A DNA stretch of 64,000 nt from Leptolyngbyaceae cyanobacterium (GTDB lineage: Bacteria > Cyanobacteriota > Cyanobacteriia > Phormidesmidales > Phormidesmidaceae): contig CBDHHL010000032.1 of assembly GCA_965263355.1 (NCBI GenBank), positions 1,056,001 to 1,120,000 of the forward strand. The letters run 5' to 3'. Positions within the stretch are counted from its first letter, which is position 1; each line of letters opens with the position of its first letter. A model generated the notes under the pieces. The model had not been told where the DNA came from, searched no databases, and saw nothing but the letters and a program-made list of their open reading frames with translations. Below are positions 1 to 9,349 of the stretch, piece by piece. The translations under genes were made by a program, and so were the position numbers.

Positions 1-2
1 AG

Positions 3-374
3 GTCTTTACCGACGAGCAACGAGCACAACTCCAGGCTATGCGCGCTGATGGTCGCAAAAATCGTCAAGCAGAGTTTGCCGAGGCCCTTAATCTTACACC
101 AGAGCAACAGGCTGAACTAGACGCTATTAAGGAAAATGCCCGTGCTCAAGCTGCAGAGATCCTGACGGAGGAGCAGCTCGCTACTTTAGAAGGGACAACG
201 GGTCGAGAGCGCGCACGAGCGATGCGTAACCTGGATCTAAGTGAGGAACAACGGACCCAGCTACAGGAAATTCGTGAGTCATCCCACGCTGCTGTAGATG
301 AGGTATTGACTGACGAGCAGCTGGCCCAGCTTGAGGAAATGCGCGAAAACCGAGGTAATCGCCGTCGCCGTTAA
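3..374 (+). CDS. Spy/CpxP (LTXXQ-repeat) family protein, 5'-truncated by the window edge
   Basis: Repeated LTPEQ/LTEEQ/LSEEQ/LTDEQ motifs; the frame is open back to base 3 (VFTDEQRAQLQAM). Confidence 0.8.
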   Translation, partial: VFTDEQRAQLQAMRADGRKNRQAEFAEALNLTPEQQAELDAIKENARAQAAEILTEEQLATLEGTTGRERARAMRNLDLSEEQRTQLQEIRESSHAAVDEVLTDEQLAQLEEMRENRGNRRRR

Positions 375-437
375 CGGTCTCAAAAGTTCCATAAAAGTTC
401 CATCAGGGTAAATCACACAAACTTAGGAATACACCCG

Positions 438-475
438 GCCCAGAGACAAGTATCTCTGGGCTTTTCTTGTTTTTG
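438..475 (+). terminator. Intrinsic terminator
   Basis: GCCCAGAGA / TCTCTGGGC stem followed by a T-rich tail. Confidence 0.7.
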
Positions 476-612
476 TAGACATTTAGTATTGTGTCAAGCT
501 CAAGATGTTAGGTAAGACGGTGAATAGTGATTGGTGAATAGTGAGTCGTATTTCGGCATTTTACAGATACCAGCTCCCGAAATGCGACCAGAATTGGTTG
601 AATATAATTATT

Positions 613-2739
613 ATGAGTCACTCTACAATCCACATTTCGATTCAAATCGGCAGCTTAGTTTTACTGTCAGGAGCACCTGGAGCTGGTAAGTCTACGGCAT
701 GTCAGCAATTACCGTCAGACTTGGTGCTGTCTAGTGATGCGTTGCGGCAAACTTTTTTTGGGACTGCCAAACGGTGGGTGGATGGGCAAGTGGCCGACCG
801 GCCCCTAGCTACGGATGATCGCCTGATCTTTACCACCCTGGAACATGTGGTGCGGGCAAGGCTCAAGGCTGGTTTGACGACGATTGTGGATGCCACGCTG
901 ATCAGCGATAAAGAACGTAAACCCTTTGCCACTATTGCTGAGGAGTTAGGGGTACCGGTACAGGTGGTGATTTTTAATCCACCGGTTGAACAGGTCCAAA
1001 AGCAGAATAAGCAACGACGTTGTGTGGTCCCTGAAGATGTGGTAACTAAGTTTTGCGATCGCATCCAACTTACCTCCCACTGGCCCTTTACCCTTACCAA
1101 TGGCAAAACCACTACCCTAGCCATTGACATTCCCACCATCCCAGACACCGCCAAACTAGACGTCATCGGCGATGTTCATGGCCTGCTAGAAACCCTGCAG
1201 ACCATGCTTGACAAACTTGGCTACGACTCCGACCTTAACCATCCCAACGGACGCCAGCTTTGTTTTCTCGGCGACCTGGTTGATCGCGGTCCCCAGTCGT
1301 TAGAAGTCATGGCCCTGATTATGCAAGCGGTTAACCAGGGCCACTATTGCGTACGCGGCAACCACGACAATAATCTGGCCCGAGGACTGCACGGGGACAC
1401 CATCAAAAGCAAATCCACTCGGCAAACGTTGCACAAAGTCCTACAGCGTGACCAAGGGTACCAAACCAGGTTAAAAACCTTTATCCAAGCCTTACCATCC
1501 TTTTATCGCTACCGTAACTATGTTCTGTGCCACGGCGATATCGAATGGTTTGACCCGGTACTACAACCTGCCAATGAGCGAGTATATGGCCGCTGTCGTA
1601 TCCATGAAAACCACGACACCGACGGCATTTTTCGCCATACCAGCGACTTAACTATCGTCCGGGGACATATTCCCCTCACCTCCCCAGGAGAACGCACCTA
1701 TTCTCTGGAAACCGGTGCTGGATTTGGCGGTCCCCTAACCGCCATGCGCCTACCTGAACAGGAGATTGTTAGCGTCCCCTGCGGATTTGACTATAGCCAG
1801 TGTCCCCCTAACTTTGCTAGACAGATGGACGAGCTGGTCTCCCAAAAGCTGGTCAAACGAGTAAACGAAGGCCCACTCACCCTATATAAGTACACCTCTA
1901 AAGCCTTTTTTACCCCCTCCGCCTGGGACAATTATCCCGAGCTAAGACTAGCCCGTGGCATCGTGGTGGGTCTGCATGGGAACCCCGTCAGCCAGCCCTT
2001 TCCCCGCACGTTTAACTATCTTGAAAGAGACACAAAATTACCCCATGACACTGACGTAATCGCGGTCGAAAAACTGAATGGATTTCTAGTCAGCACGTTT
2101 TTGCATCCCTATGATGCCAATCAGGTGGTTGTTACCTGTTCTGGATCGTTTCAGGGAGACTATGTCGAGTATGCTAAATCGTTGCTGTATAAAAATAGTC
2201 TCTATGGTCGAGTATTAGCGTGGCTAAAAGACCACCCAGATACCACCCTACTGTGGGAAGCCATTCACCCTGAGGATCCCCATATTATTCAATATGGGCC
2301 AGATGACTACGGCCTGCATTTGATTGGTGCGGGCATTTTGGGTAAAGGATTTGAACGTGAGGAGGGGTTGGATGCGATCGCAACCACCTTACAAACACCC
2401 CGACCCAGCTGGTTTCCCTGTACGTTTGGAGATGCCATCTCCAAATCCCACCACGTCGAACACGAAGGCTTCATGATCCGCCTCGCCACCGACGGCACCT
2501 TTGCCCTGAAATTAAAAAGCCCCTACTACCTGCGCACCAAGTTTCTCGCCCGAATGACTCCCAAAAAGGCCAAGTTTATGTACGCTCAGCCACAGAAATT
2601 TAAACAAGAACTCGACGAAGCCTTTTGGCCCCTGGTTGATACAGTTACCAGCCAAGTTACCCAAGACACCTGGCTTACCTGGACCGACATCGAACGCCGC
2701 GATTTCATCCAAAACTGGATGAAAGAATTCTATCAATAA
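613..2739 (+). CDS. Polynucleotide kinase / metallophosphoesterase / Rnl1-type RNA ligase fusion
   Basis: P-loop GAPGAGKST and DAT; phosphoesterase GDVHG, GDLVDRG, GNHD, HG; ligase ARG...PF..FNY.E, EKLNG, EGF, LKLK. ATG 613 preferred over GTG 541. Confidence 0.85.
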   Translation: MSHSTIHISIQIGSLVLLSGAPGAGKSTACQQLPSDLVLSSDALRQTFFGTAKRWVDGQVADRPLATDDRLIFTTLEHVVRARLKAGLTTIVDATLISDKERKPFATIAEELGVPVQVVIFNPPVEQVQKQNKQRRCVVPEDVVTKFCDRIQLTSHWPFTLTNGKTTTLAIDIPTIPDTAKLDVIGDVHGLLETLQTMLDKLGYDSDLNHPNGRQLCFLGDLVDRGPQSLEVMALIMQAVNQGHYCVRGNHDNNLARGLHGDTIKSKSTRQTLHKVLQRDQGYQTRLKTFIQALPSFYRYRNYVLCHGDIEWFDPVLQPANERVYGRCRIHENHDTDGIFRHTSDLTIVRGHIPLTSPGERTYSLETGAGFGGPLTAMRLPEQEIVSVPCGFDYSQCPPNFARQMDELVSQKLVKRVNEGPLTLYKYTSKAFFTPSAWDNYPELRLARGIVVGLHGNPVSQPFPRTFNYLERDTKLPHDTDVIAVEKLNGFLVSTFLHPYDANQVVVTCSGSFQGDYVEYAKSLLYKNSLYGRVLAWLKDHPDTTLLWEAIHPEDPHIIQYGPDDYGLHLIGAGILGKGFEREEGLDAIATTLQTPRPSWFPCTFGDAISKSHHVEHEGFMIRLATDGTFALKLKSPYYLRTKFLARMTPKKAKFMYAQPQKFKQELDEAFWPLVDTVTSQVTQDTWLTWTDIERRDFIQNWMKEFYQ

Positions 2740-2770
2740 CCCTTGAAATCTCTAGGGCAAACTTAAACAT

Positions 2771-2834
2771 CTCCTAAGCTCCTAAGCTCCTAAGCTCCTA
2801 AGCTCCTAAGCTCCTAAGCTCCTAAGCTCCTAAG
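2771..2834. repeat. Perfect tandem repeat (CTCCTAAG)x8
   Basis: Read directly: 64 bp, 8 identical units. Confidence 0.95.
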
Positions 2835-3223
2835 CCTGTTCTAGCCCCGACAGGAAGCTTTGGAGATCAGTCCTGAAAACTTCCATGCATTCTCCTAGCT
2901 GACCAGACAGCTCTTTAACTCGATCATGTTCCAAATCAAATGAATAATGACTACGAACAACGTGACGAAGACGAGGCTCTAGCCCCAAACCGCTAAATCA
3001 ATATCCGAATGATCGGTCATGTGTTCTGGCTCTAGCAATGAACCAAATAAAACCACCTTTGTAACCGAAAACTCTTGCTTGAGACATATAGCCATTTGAC
3101 GAGCTACCTCTAGCCCTTCTTGCTAACGCTGCTTCATCGGCACCAACCTTCTGCCTTCATCGCACGGGCAGCCAAAACACGCTGTACAATCTGCTGTTGC
3201 CGTTGCGCAGAGACAGAAACCAT
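2830..3223 (-). pseudogene. Decayed MNT (minimal nucleotidyltransferase) / HEPN toxin-antitoxin pair
   Basis: Manual translation gives ...KVVLFGSLLEPEHMTDHSDIDLAVWG* (MNT), then in another frame LRHVVRSHYSFDLEHDRVKEL...* (HEPN C-terminus); internal stop and frameshifts. Confidence 0.75.
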
Positions 3224-3384
3224 CGAACTATGAAAACAATCAACTTCCCCCTAGTCTAACTAACCTAATAGCCAGACAATACATTCACCAATGTAAGTTT
3301 AATTTTGCCCCAAGCTTTATGCACAAGGTATACAAGTAGTAAAAGCAACCTAGCAACTATGCAGTCCAAAGCCATAGGATAATC

Positions 3385-3891
3385 ATGACCAGCCCGAGTA
3401 ATCAAGTGCCTGGGACGCCCCCCCCCTCTACCAAAGTTGCTGCCGTCCCAGAGCCCATAGAGAAAGGAACGCTGTATGACAATGATTTTATGGCCTGGTG
3501 TGAATATCAGGCTGAGGCATTACGGGCAAAAGATTTCGGCAATCTAGATCTGGCAAACTTAATTGAGGAAATCAGTGACATGGGGCGCGAGCAGTTTAAC
3601 AAAACCGCCTCCTTAACCCGCCAAATCATTATCCATATCCTCAAATTACAGGCTTTCCCAAACGATCAAGCCACTGAACACTGGCGCGAAGAAATTGAAG
3701 CTTTTCAAGATACCCTTGACGACATTGTCAGCGGCTCCATCCGCTATCGCTTTCAACAACAAGAAACCTTTGCCACCCAACAAGCCAAAGCCCTAAAACG
3801 CCTCCAACGCAAATATCCTGATACTGATTTTCACCCCCTAGCCCCTATGACCCTCGATCAAATCATTACCTGGCCTGAAGCAAATAATTAG
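3385..3891 (+). CDS. DUF29 family protein
   Basis: LYDNDFMAW...LD..NLIEEI.DMG, HILKLQ, W..EI..F. Confidence 0.85.
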   Translation: MTSPSNQVPGTPPPSTKVAAVPEPIEKGTLYDNDFMAWCEYQAEALRAKDFGNLDLANLIEEISDMGREQFNKTASLTRQIIIHILKLQAFPNDQATEHWREEIEAFQDTLDDIVSGSIRYRFQQQETFATQQAKALKRLQRKYPDTDFHPLAPMTLDQIITWPEANN

Positions 3892-4189
3892 ACCATAGCG
3901 TTGCTAAAGCTACCCAAAGTAAGTAGCAGCCAAAGAGCCCAGAAGTGTATATCTAAGCAATCAATACACTCCAAGGCATTAACTCCAAAAATTCCAGAAG
4001 GATATGCCTTTTTTTATCTCCTATTCCGTACACTAGAAATAGCTATAACTCGGGTATCCACTCAAGCCGGGAAATTCTGGTTAAGTAGGAATCTAGAATC
4101 CAGGAGCCAGAATTTAGAAGGGATATGGCTTCTGGCTCCTGACTTCTGACGTCTATCCTTAGGAAAACTTCCTGCTTTAAATTGGTACC

Positions 4190-5533
4190 CTATAACTCCT
4201 CCTTAAATCGTAGAAAGGATGAAAAAAATGTCGGATTAATATCTAAGTTCTTCATAACGATGATAACCAGCCATATGTTCCACAGTATGAGTGTTCCGGT
4301 CGTCGTTATTGCCGCCCCCACGGTTCCCCACAGTGGAATGAAAAGCGCATTTAAAGCTAGATTTGTGAGTGCCGTGATCCCAGAAACCTGCATAAGCTGC
4401 TTCTGATAGCCTGTAACCGACAGTAAGTTACCCACTGATCCGCTTAGCGCATTGGTCAAATGACCAAAAACTAAAATTCGGAGTTCCCAGGTTGCAGATT
4501 GAAAGTCTGGCCCAAATAACCCAAGAACTTGCCGGGGAAAGAGGAGAAGGCAAACTGAGATAACAACAGAAGAACAGAAAATCCAAAGCGTGACTTGAGA
4601 GATTAGATCCTGCAAGCCTTTGCGATCTCCTTGCACATGAAATATTGAAAAGGCAGGCGCAACCACAATATTGACACCTTGCAAGACAAAACTACTCCAG
4701 AGGGCTGTCTTTGCCGCAGGGCTATAAATGCCCACAGCACCTGCCCCTAGAAAAGCACCCAACATCAGGGCATCAGTTTGAGTCAAAAGTTCCCGGAAGG
4801 CCCGATACAGAAGTAGCGGTAGGGCAACGCTTAGCCAGTAGCGGCGCTCATAAGCGGGTAGAGCTGGTGGGGCGTTTTGATCCGAATTCCACCAAATTAA
4901 GCCTCCCTGAAGTGAAATCACGACAGCTAGTGTCGCTAGCGAAACCTCTACAGCCGGAAAACTAGAGAGGTGATACTGAAAATTCAATAAACCAAATCCT
5001 GCAGCTATAACAAGTAATGGCCACACGATTCGAGTCGGAATATAGGCCAGTAACAAATTGTCGATACCCCGCCCCATATCCTCTTGAATAAGAACAAGCG
5101 CCTGTAGTGGAACTAACCAAATACCAATCAAAAGTAAGTGAGCAGATGAGAACGGATGATAGTGGTCAATCTCTATAATCAGTCCTGTTCCAATCATGCA
5201 GATGAGTAGCCCTGCAGCTAGGGTAAATTGCCAACCGCTCAGCAACACACCACGTAGCAAACCCCACTCTTGTTTAACTCGGTATTCTGATATAAACCGA
5301 ACGGTAGCACGAGGTAAGCCCAAGCTAGCAGGCACTGCTAGAAATAATGACCATGTCAGCACATATTCATATAGCCCGTACTCAGTTCTTCCCATCCAGC
5401 GAGCCAAGAAGACCTGAAGCAGATAAGTCAATAAAAGCCCAAGGAGATGAATGGATAGAGCGACAATGCTCCCCTTTACTAAACTTGGTATGCTAGTGCT
5501 TTGTTGAGTATTTACTAATGATGGGGATGTCAT
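4190..5533 (-). CDS. Polysaccharide/oligosaccharide flippase (Wzx/MOP family)
   Basis: Many TM helices; LARWMGRTEYG, D.LMLG.FLG...VGIY, LN.LFIP.WG..GAA motifs. Confidence 0.85.
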   Translation of the reverse strand: MTSPSLVNTQQSTSIPSLVKGSIVALSIHLLGLLLTYLLQVFLARWMGRTEYGLYEYVLTWSLFLAVPASLGLPRATVRFISEYRVKQEWGLLRGVLLSGWQFTLAAGLLICMIGTGLIIEIDHYHPFSSAHLLLIGIWLVPLQALVLIQEDMGRGIDNLLLAYIPTRIVWPLLVIAAGFGLLNFQYHLSSFPAVEVSLATLAVVISLQGGLIWWNSDQNAPPALPAYERRYWLSVALPLLLYRAFRELLTQTDALMLGAFLGAGAVGIYSPAAKTALWSSFVLQGVNIVVAPAFSIFHVQGDRKGLQDLISQVTLWIFCSSVVISVCLLLFPRQVLGLFGPDFQSATWELRILVFGHLTNALSGSVGNLLSVTGYQKQLMQVSGITALTNLALNALFIPLWGTVGAAITTTGTLILWNIWLVIIVMKNLDINPTFFSSFLRFKEEL

Positions 5534-5708
5534 GCGTTCTTAAAGGATGTTGAGTTCTGGTTATCTATGGATATCAATCACGTTAAACGTGGGAAGCGAT
5601 TTCAGGCCAGACCTCAAGGCTCTCGATTGTTGGAAACGAAGTAATTTTCTGAGGAACCCGAACGCAACAAAAGCTTAACTGCTTCCGTAAGGGATTCGAG
5701 CCAACTAA

Positions 5709-5828
5709 TCAAGATCTAATAAACAACGTACCGTTTGGCATTGCTGCTAGACCATTGGAGTGAGCTTTTCTCAGCTCGTCTTCGTCCACATCAGCATCTT
5801 TCAGATTGGCATTTCCGAGTTTGATTGC
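5709..5828 (-). pseudogene. C-terminal remnant of a pentapeptide-repeat protein
   Basis: AIKLGNANLKDADVDEDELRKAHSNGLAAMPNGTLFIRS*; no start codon. Confidence 0.4.
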
Positions 5829-5839
5829 TGAACAAATAA

Positions 5840-5915
5840 CTATGCTCTGCATTACTTAATATAAGCCATCGTTGCCTCAACTTGTTGTATGGCATCACCA
5901 TAACAGTAATCTGGA
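5840..5915 (-). pseudogene. Diverged copy of the 3' end of the adjacent lyase gene
   Basis: PDYCYGDAIQQVEATMAYIK*CRA* versus PEHYYGDAIEQVDATIAYIKQCRAK at 6011-6086; 56/76 nt identical by manual alignment. Confidence 0.8.
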
Positions 5916-5974
5916 GCCGATGGAGGATTGCACAGGCCAAAGTGGAATATCATCTGCTATTCATAGAGATGCTT

Positions 5975-7378
5975 TTATGGAATGGTAGCTCCAGCTGATG
6001 CTATTGCTGACTTGGCTCGGCATTGCTTGATGTAGGCAATTGTGGCATCCACTTGTTCTATTGCATCACCGTAATAATGCTCCGGATTTGTCATCTCATT
6101 AATTTCTGTTGGCGTCAAATACTGCTGCACCAACTCACTTTCTAATAGTACTTGCTGCAACGAAGATTGCTGCTTTAGTGCTTGCATGGATAGATCCCGC
6201 ACCAACTTATGAGCCGTTACTTTTTTGCCAGTCTTTTTCCACAGGCTTAACATGACGGCTTCTGCCATCGCTAAACCATGGGTTAAATTAAGGTTATGGC
6301 GCATTCTTTCTTCATTGACGCGCAAGTTGCTAAGGATGTAGTTGGCCTTCTCTAACCCAGCTGCCGTCAGCAAGAAATTATCTGCAATGCATTTGAATGA
6401 TGGTGCCATCCGTGTAGCGTCTCGCTCACCTAGAATTGTAATGCTAGATAGGGCAGATGCATTCCCTTGCGCAATCTTTGCTAAGCCATCCAACCACTCA
6501 CTCGCCTCAGGATTTCGCTTATTGGGCATTGTACTGGATGAATACTGCGAGGCTAAATCCCATGGTTCCTCAACTTCTCGAATTTCTTCGGCGTTGAGAT
6601 AGCGGATATTCAGCCCAATTTTGGCTAGGGATGTCATGATGTTGGCTAACACGTAGCCAATCTCTGCTAAACGATCTGTCCGAGTCTGAATATCGATGGG
6701 AGAATGGGCTAAACCCATTCTTTGACTCGCTTGTTTCACAAACTGCTGAGTCTTTTTGAAGCCAAATAGATAAATCCAGGAATTGCGAGTTCCTACCGCA
6801 GCTGTCAACTTGGCTCGAAATAAGCGAGGTGAAATCTCTTTTAGTCGGTCAATGTGGTCTCGAATCTCATAGGCCCAGCTAGCCAATGTGAACCCAAAGG
6901 TTAAAGGGACAGCGTGCTGAGCGTGAGTTCGCCCCATCATGACCGTTTGCTTATAACGTTCTGCCTGGATAATCAGCGTGAGTTCTAGGGCATCTAGCTG
7001 CCCCAGAATGACATCATAGGCTTCTCTCATTTGCAAGGTAAGACCTGTTAGCAAGATATCTTGTGTTGTTGCTCCCAGATGGTAATATTCTCCGGCTGGG
7101 CCACACATTTCTGCAAAGGCTTTAACGAGTGAAACACCTAAGTGTTTTGTTTGAGCAAATACTTCACCAATCATCTCAGGAGACAAATCATTTACGGAAG
7201 ACTTACTGGCAATTTCATCTCCAATTTCTGCAGGAATTAGACCCATCTCAGTCATTTCCATTACCATGGCTTTTTCGCAGTCTAGCCACTTCTGAACCAT
7301 GTTTTCTTCACTCCAGATCTGCCTCATCTCAGGAGTCCCATAGGAATTCTGGAAGAGGATATGGTTATGAATAGGCAT
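5975..7378 (-). CDS. Adenylosuccinate lyase / fumarase-aspartase superfamily lyase (PurB/PcaB-like)
   Basis: H.GATTQD, GRTHAQHA.P.TFG and the SSTMPNKRNP signature. Confidence 0.85.
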   Translation of the reverse strand: MPIHNHILFQNSYGTPEMRQIWSEENMVQKWLDCEKAMVMEMTEMGLIPAEIGDEIASKSSVNDLSPEMIGEVFAQTKHLGVSLVKAFAEMCGPAGEYYHLGATTQDILLTGLTLQMREAYDVILGQLDALELTLIIQAERYKQTVMMGRTHAQHAVPLTFGFTLASWAYEIRDHIDRLKEISPRLFRAKLTAAVGTRNSWIYLFGFKKTQQFVKQASQRMGLAHSPIDIQTRTDRLAEIGYVLANIMTSLAKIGLNIRYLNAEEIREVEEPWDLASQYSSSTMPNKRNPEASEWLDGLAKIAQGNASALSSITILGERDATRMAPSFKCIADNFLLTAAGLEKANYILSNLRVNEERMRHNLNLTHGLAMAEAVMLSLWKKTGKKVTAHKLVRDLSMQALKQQSSLQQVLLESELVQQYLTPTEINEMTNPEHYYGDAIEQVDATIAYIKQCRAKSAIASAGATIP

Positions 7379-7565
7379 ATGTAAAACACCGGTTATTAGC
7401 TCAGGGAAATACTAGGAGAGTGTAACAAAGAATTGTGTTTCATGGGTTACACACGATACAAAGAGAATATCAAAAAGTTTGGGAAAGCTGGAATCGCCTC
7501 GACAGCAAACTCAGAAGCATCTCCACTGGTACCTACATAGACCACTTCGTGATGGTGAACCACAT

Positions 7566-7630
7566 AGCAAACAGAATTATTAAGTGTAATAATTGTGGCC
7601 GGTAATTCGTCACAGATCCTCAAATGTAGA
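7566..7630 (+). mobile_element. IS1-family transposase (InsA zinc-finger) relic
   Basis: KQNY/KCNNCGR*FVTDPQ with a frameshift and a stop; matches the remembered KQNYKCxxCGRQFV motif. Confidence 0.55.
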
Positions 7631-7744
7631 CAATAAAGGCAACAGACTCCCCCAACCTCGTACAAGGCTTAGCATAATGGATCGCACCGTAACCACTCTA
7701 TCGACCACCTAAATCCGCAAAAACCTAAGCCAATACGTAAGCCC

Positions 7745-8125
7745 TCAAGACATTACAGTAGTAAGCTGTTCCATCCATGTCTTAGAACCGTAAACACCAC
7801 AAAATAAATTATGAACACCGAAGTCTTCATCTAGTTTCGGCCAATGTAAATTAGTTCCCAATGGAGATAGTTCAATTTCTGATAAATCATCATCAGATGC
7901 TCCAGCAAGACCCTGTAAATTATCCACAGATATAATTAATTCAGCACCTAGAGTAGGTAGATATAATACGAAGCTTTTGTAATCCCCTTTTACCTCAAGC
8001 AATTTAAATGTGGTGGCATCTATCTTGAACTCAACGCTGTCCTTGAACACATGTACATGGATAGGCTCATAATCGTTCGTACGAACTATTTCCCTAAATC
8101 CATTTTCCCTAAATACCGTAGGCAT
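7745..8125 (-). CDS. DUF4160/DUF2442 in-frame fusion (collapsed TA-like pair)
   Basis: N-term MPTVFRENGF...ND.EP.HVHV (DUF4160); C-term LQGL.GAS..DL..IELSP.G..LHWP.LD.D...GVYGS..WM (DUF2442). Confidence 0.7.
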   Translation of the reverse strand: MPTVFRENGFREIVRTNDYEPIHVHVFKDSVEFKIDATTFKLLEVKGDYKSFVLYLPTLGAELIISVDNLQGLAGASDDDLSEIELSPLGTNLHWPKLDEDFGVHNLFCGVYGSKTWMEQLTTVMS

Positions 8126-8165
8126 TGTCTACCTCAGTGCCTTTTCCAATCGTAATCTGATAAAT

Positions 8166-9347
8166 ATGCCATACCAACCCGTTCCCTTTAAAACCCAAAA
8201 ACCCGTCCTTTCCTGGGCGAACCACGATCTCAGCTCCAAAGAGATCCAAATGGCCAAAAACGTCGCCTCCCTACCCTTCGTTTATAAGCACGTCGCCCTT
8301 ATGCCCGACGTGCATCTAGGCAAAGGAGCCCTCGTCGGCTCCGTCGTTGCCACCGAAGACGCCCTAGTTCCTGCTGCTGTCGGCGTCGACATCGGCTGCG
8401 GCATGTGCGCTATCCAAACTCCCTATAAGAGTAAAAAACTCGACGGCAAACTCAAAAAAATCCGCAAAGAAATCGAAGCTACCATTCCCACCGGCTTTGA
8501 AAGCAACAAGAAAGTGGGTAAATCCGTCTATAACTGGCAAGGCTGGCGCAGCTTTAAAGACCTGCATAAAGGTGTGCAGCATCTAGAAAACAAAGCCCTC
8601 AGCCAAATGGGTTCCCTCGGCGGCGGCAACCACTTTATCGAAGTGTGTATCGACACCGAAGACACTGTCTGGCTGATGCTCCATTCCGGTTCCCGCAACA
8701 TCGGCAATATGTTAGCCAAAAATCACATCAGCACTGCCAAAAACCTGCAAAAGCTAGCCAACCAAAAACTGCCGGACCCCGATCTCTCCTATTTTGTCGC
8801 CGGTACCGAAGAATTTCGTAGCTATTGGAACGACCTACAATGGGCCCAAGCCTACGCCCTACAAAACCGCGAAGAAATGATGGCTCGCTTTAAGCACATC
8901 ATCGAAAAACATCTCGGTGGTGGCAAACCCTTTAAACCAGTGCTGGCCGTCAACTGCCACCACAATTACGCCGAAAAAGAACAACACTTTGGCCGCGATC
9001 TCTACGTTACCCGCAAAGGAGCCGTCCGAGCCCGCACCACCGACTATGGCATCATCCCCGGTTCCATGGGCACCAAGTCCTATATCGTCAAAGGCAAAGG
9101 CAATCACGACAGCTATTGCTCCTGCAGCCACGGGGCTGGTCGCGTCATGTCCCGTAGCAAGGCGAAGGATACCTACACCCTAGATGACCTGATCGAACAG
9201 ACAGCAGGCGTAGAATGTCGCAAGGATAGAGGCGTCATCGACGAAATCCCAGCAGCCTATAAATCTATTGACGAGGTTATGGCTAATCAGCAGGATTTGG
9301 TGGAAGTGGTGGCTACGTTAAAACAAGTCATCTGCGTCAAGGGTTAA
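8166..9347 (+). CDS. rtcB: RtcB family RNA ligase
   Basis: MPDVH.G.G, VGVDIGCGM, GSLGGGNHFIE, LHSGSR, CHHN, RKGA, IPGSMG, SHGAGR, DE.P.AYK. Confidence 0.95.
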   Translation: MPYQPVPFKTQKPVLSWANHDLSSKEIQMAKNVASLPFVYKHVALMPDVHLGKGALVGSVVATEDALVPAAVGVDIGCGMCAIQTPYKSKKLDGKLKKIRKEIEATIPTGFESNKKVGKSVYNWQGWRSFKDLHKGVQHLENKALSQMGSLGGGNHFIEVCIDTEDTVWLMLHSGSRNIGNMLAKNHISTAKNLQKLANQKLPDPDLSYFVAGTEEFRSYWNDLQWAQAYALQNREEMMARFKHIIEKHLGGGKPFKPVLAVNCHHNYAEKEQHFGRDLYVTRKGAVRARTTDYGIIPGSMGTKSYIVKGKGNHDSYCSCSHGAGRVMSRSKAKDTYTLDDLIEQTAGVECRKDRGVIDEIPAAYKSIDEVMANQQDLVEVVATLKQVICVKG

Positions 9348-9349
9348 GG

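Noticed and set aside
4076..4150. AGAATC/TCAGGAG(C/T)CAGAATT-type repeats, also near 46253-46305 and similar tracts at 59715-59830
   Set aside because: Degenerate short tandem/inverted repeats common in filamentous cyanobacteria; no sign of a distinct function.
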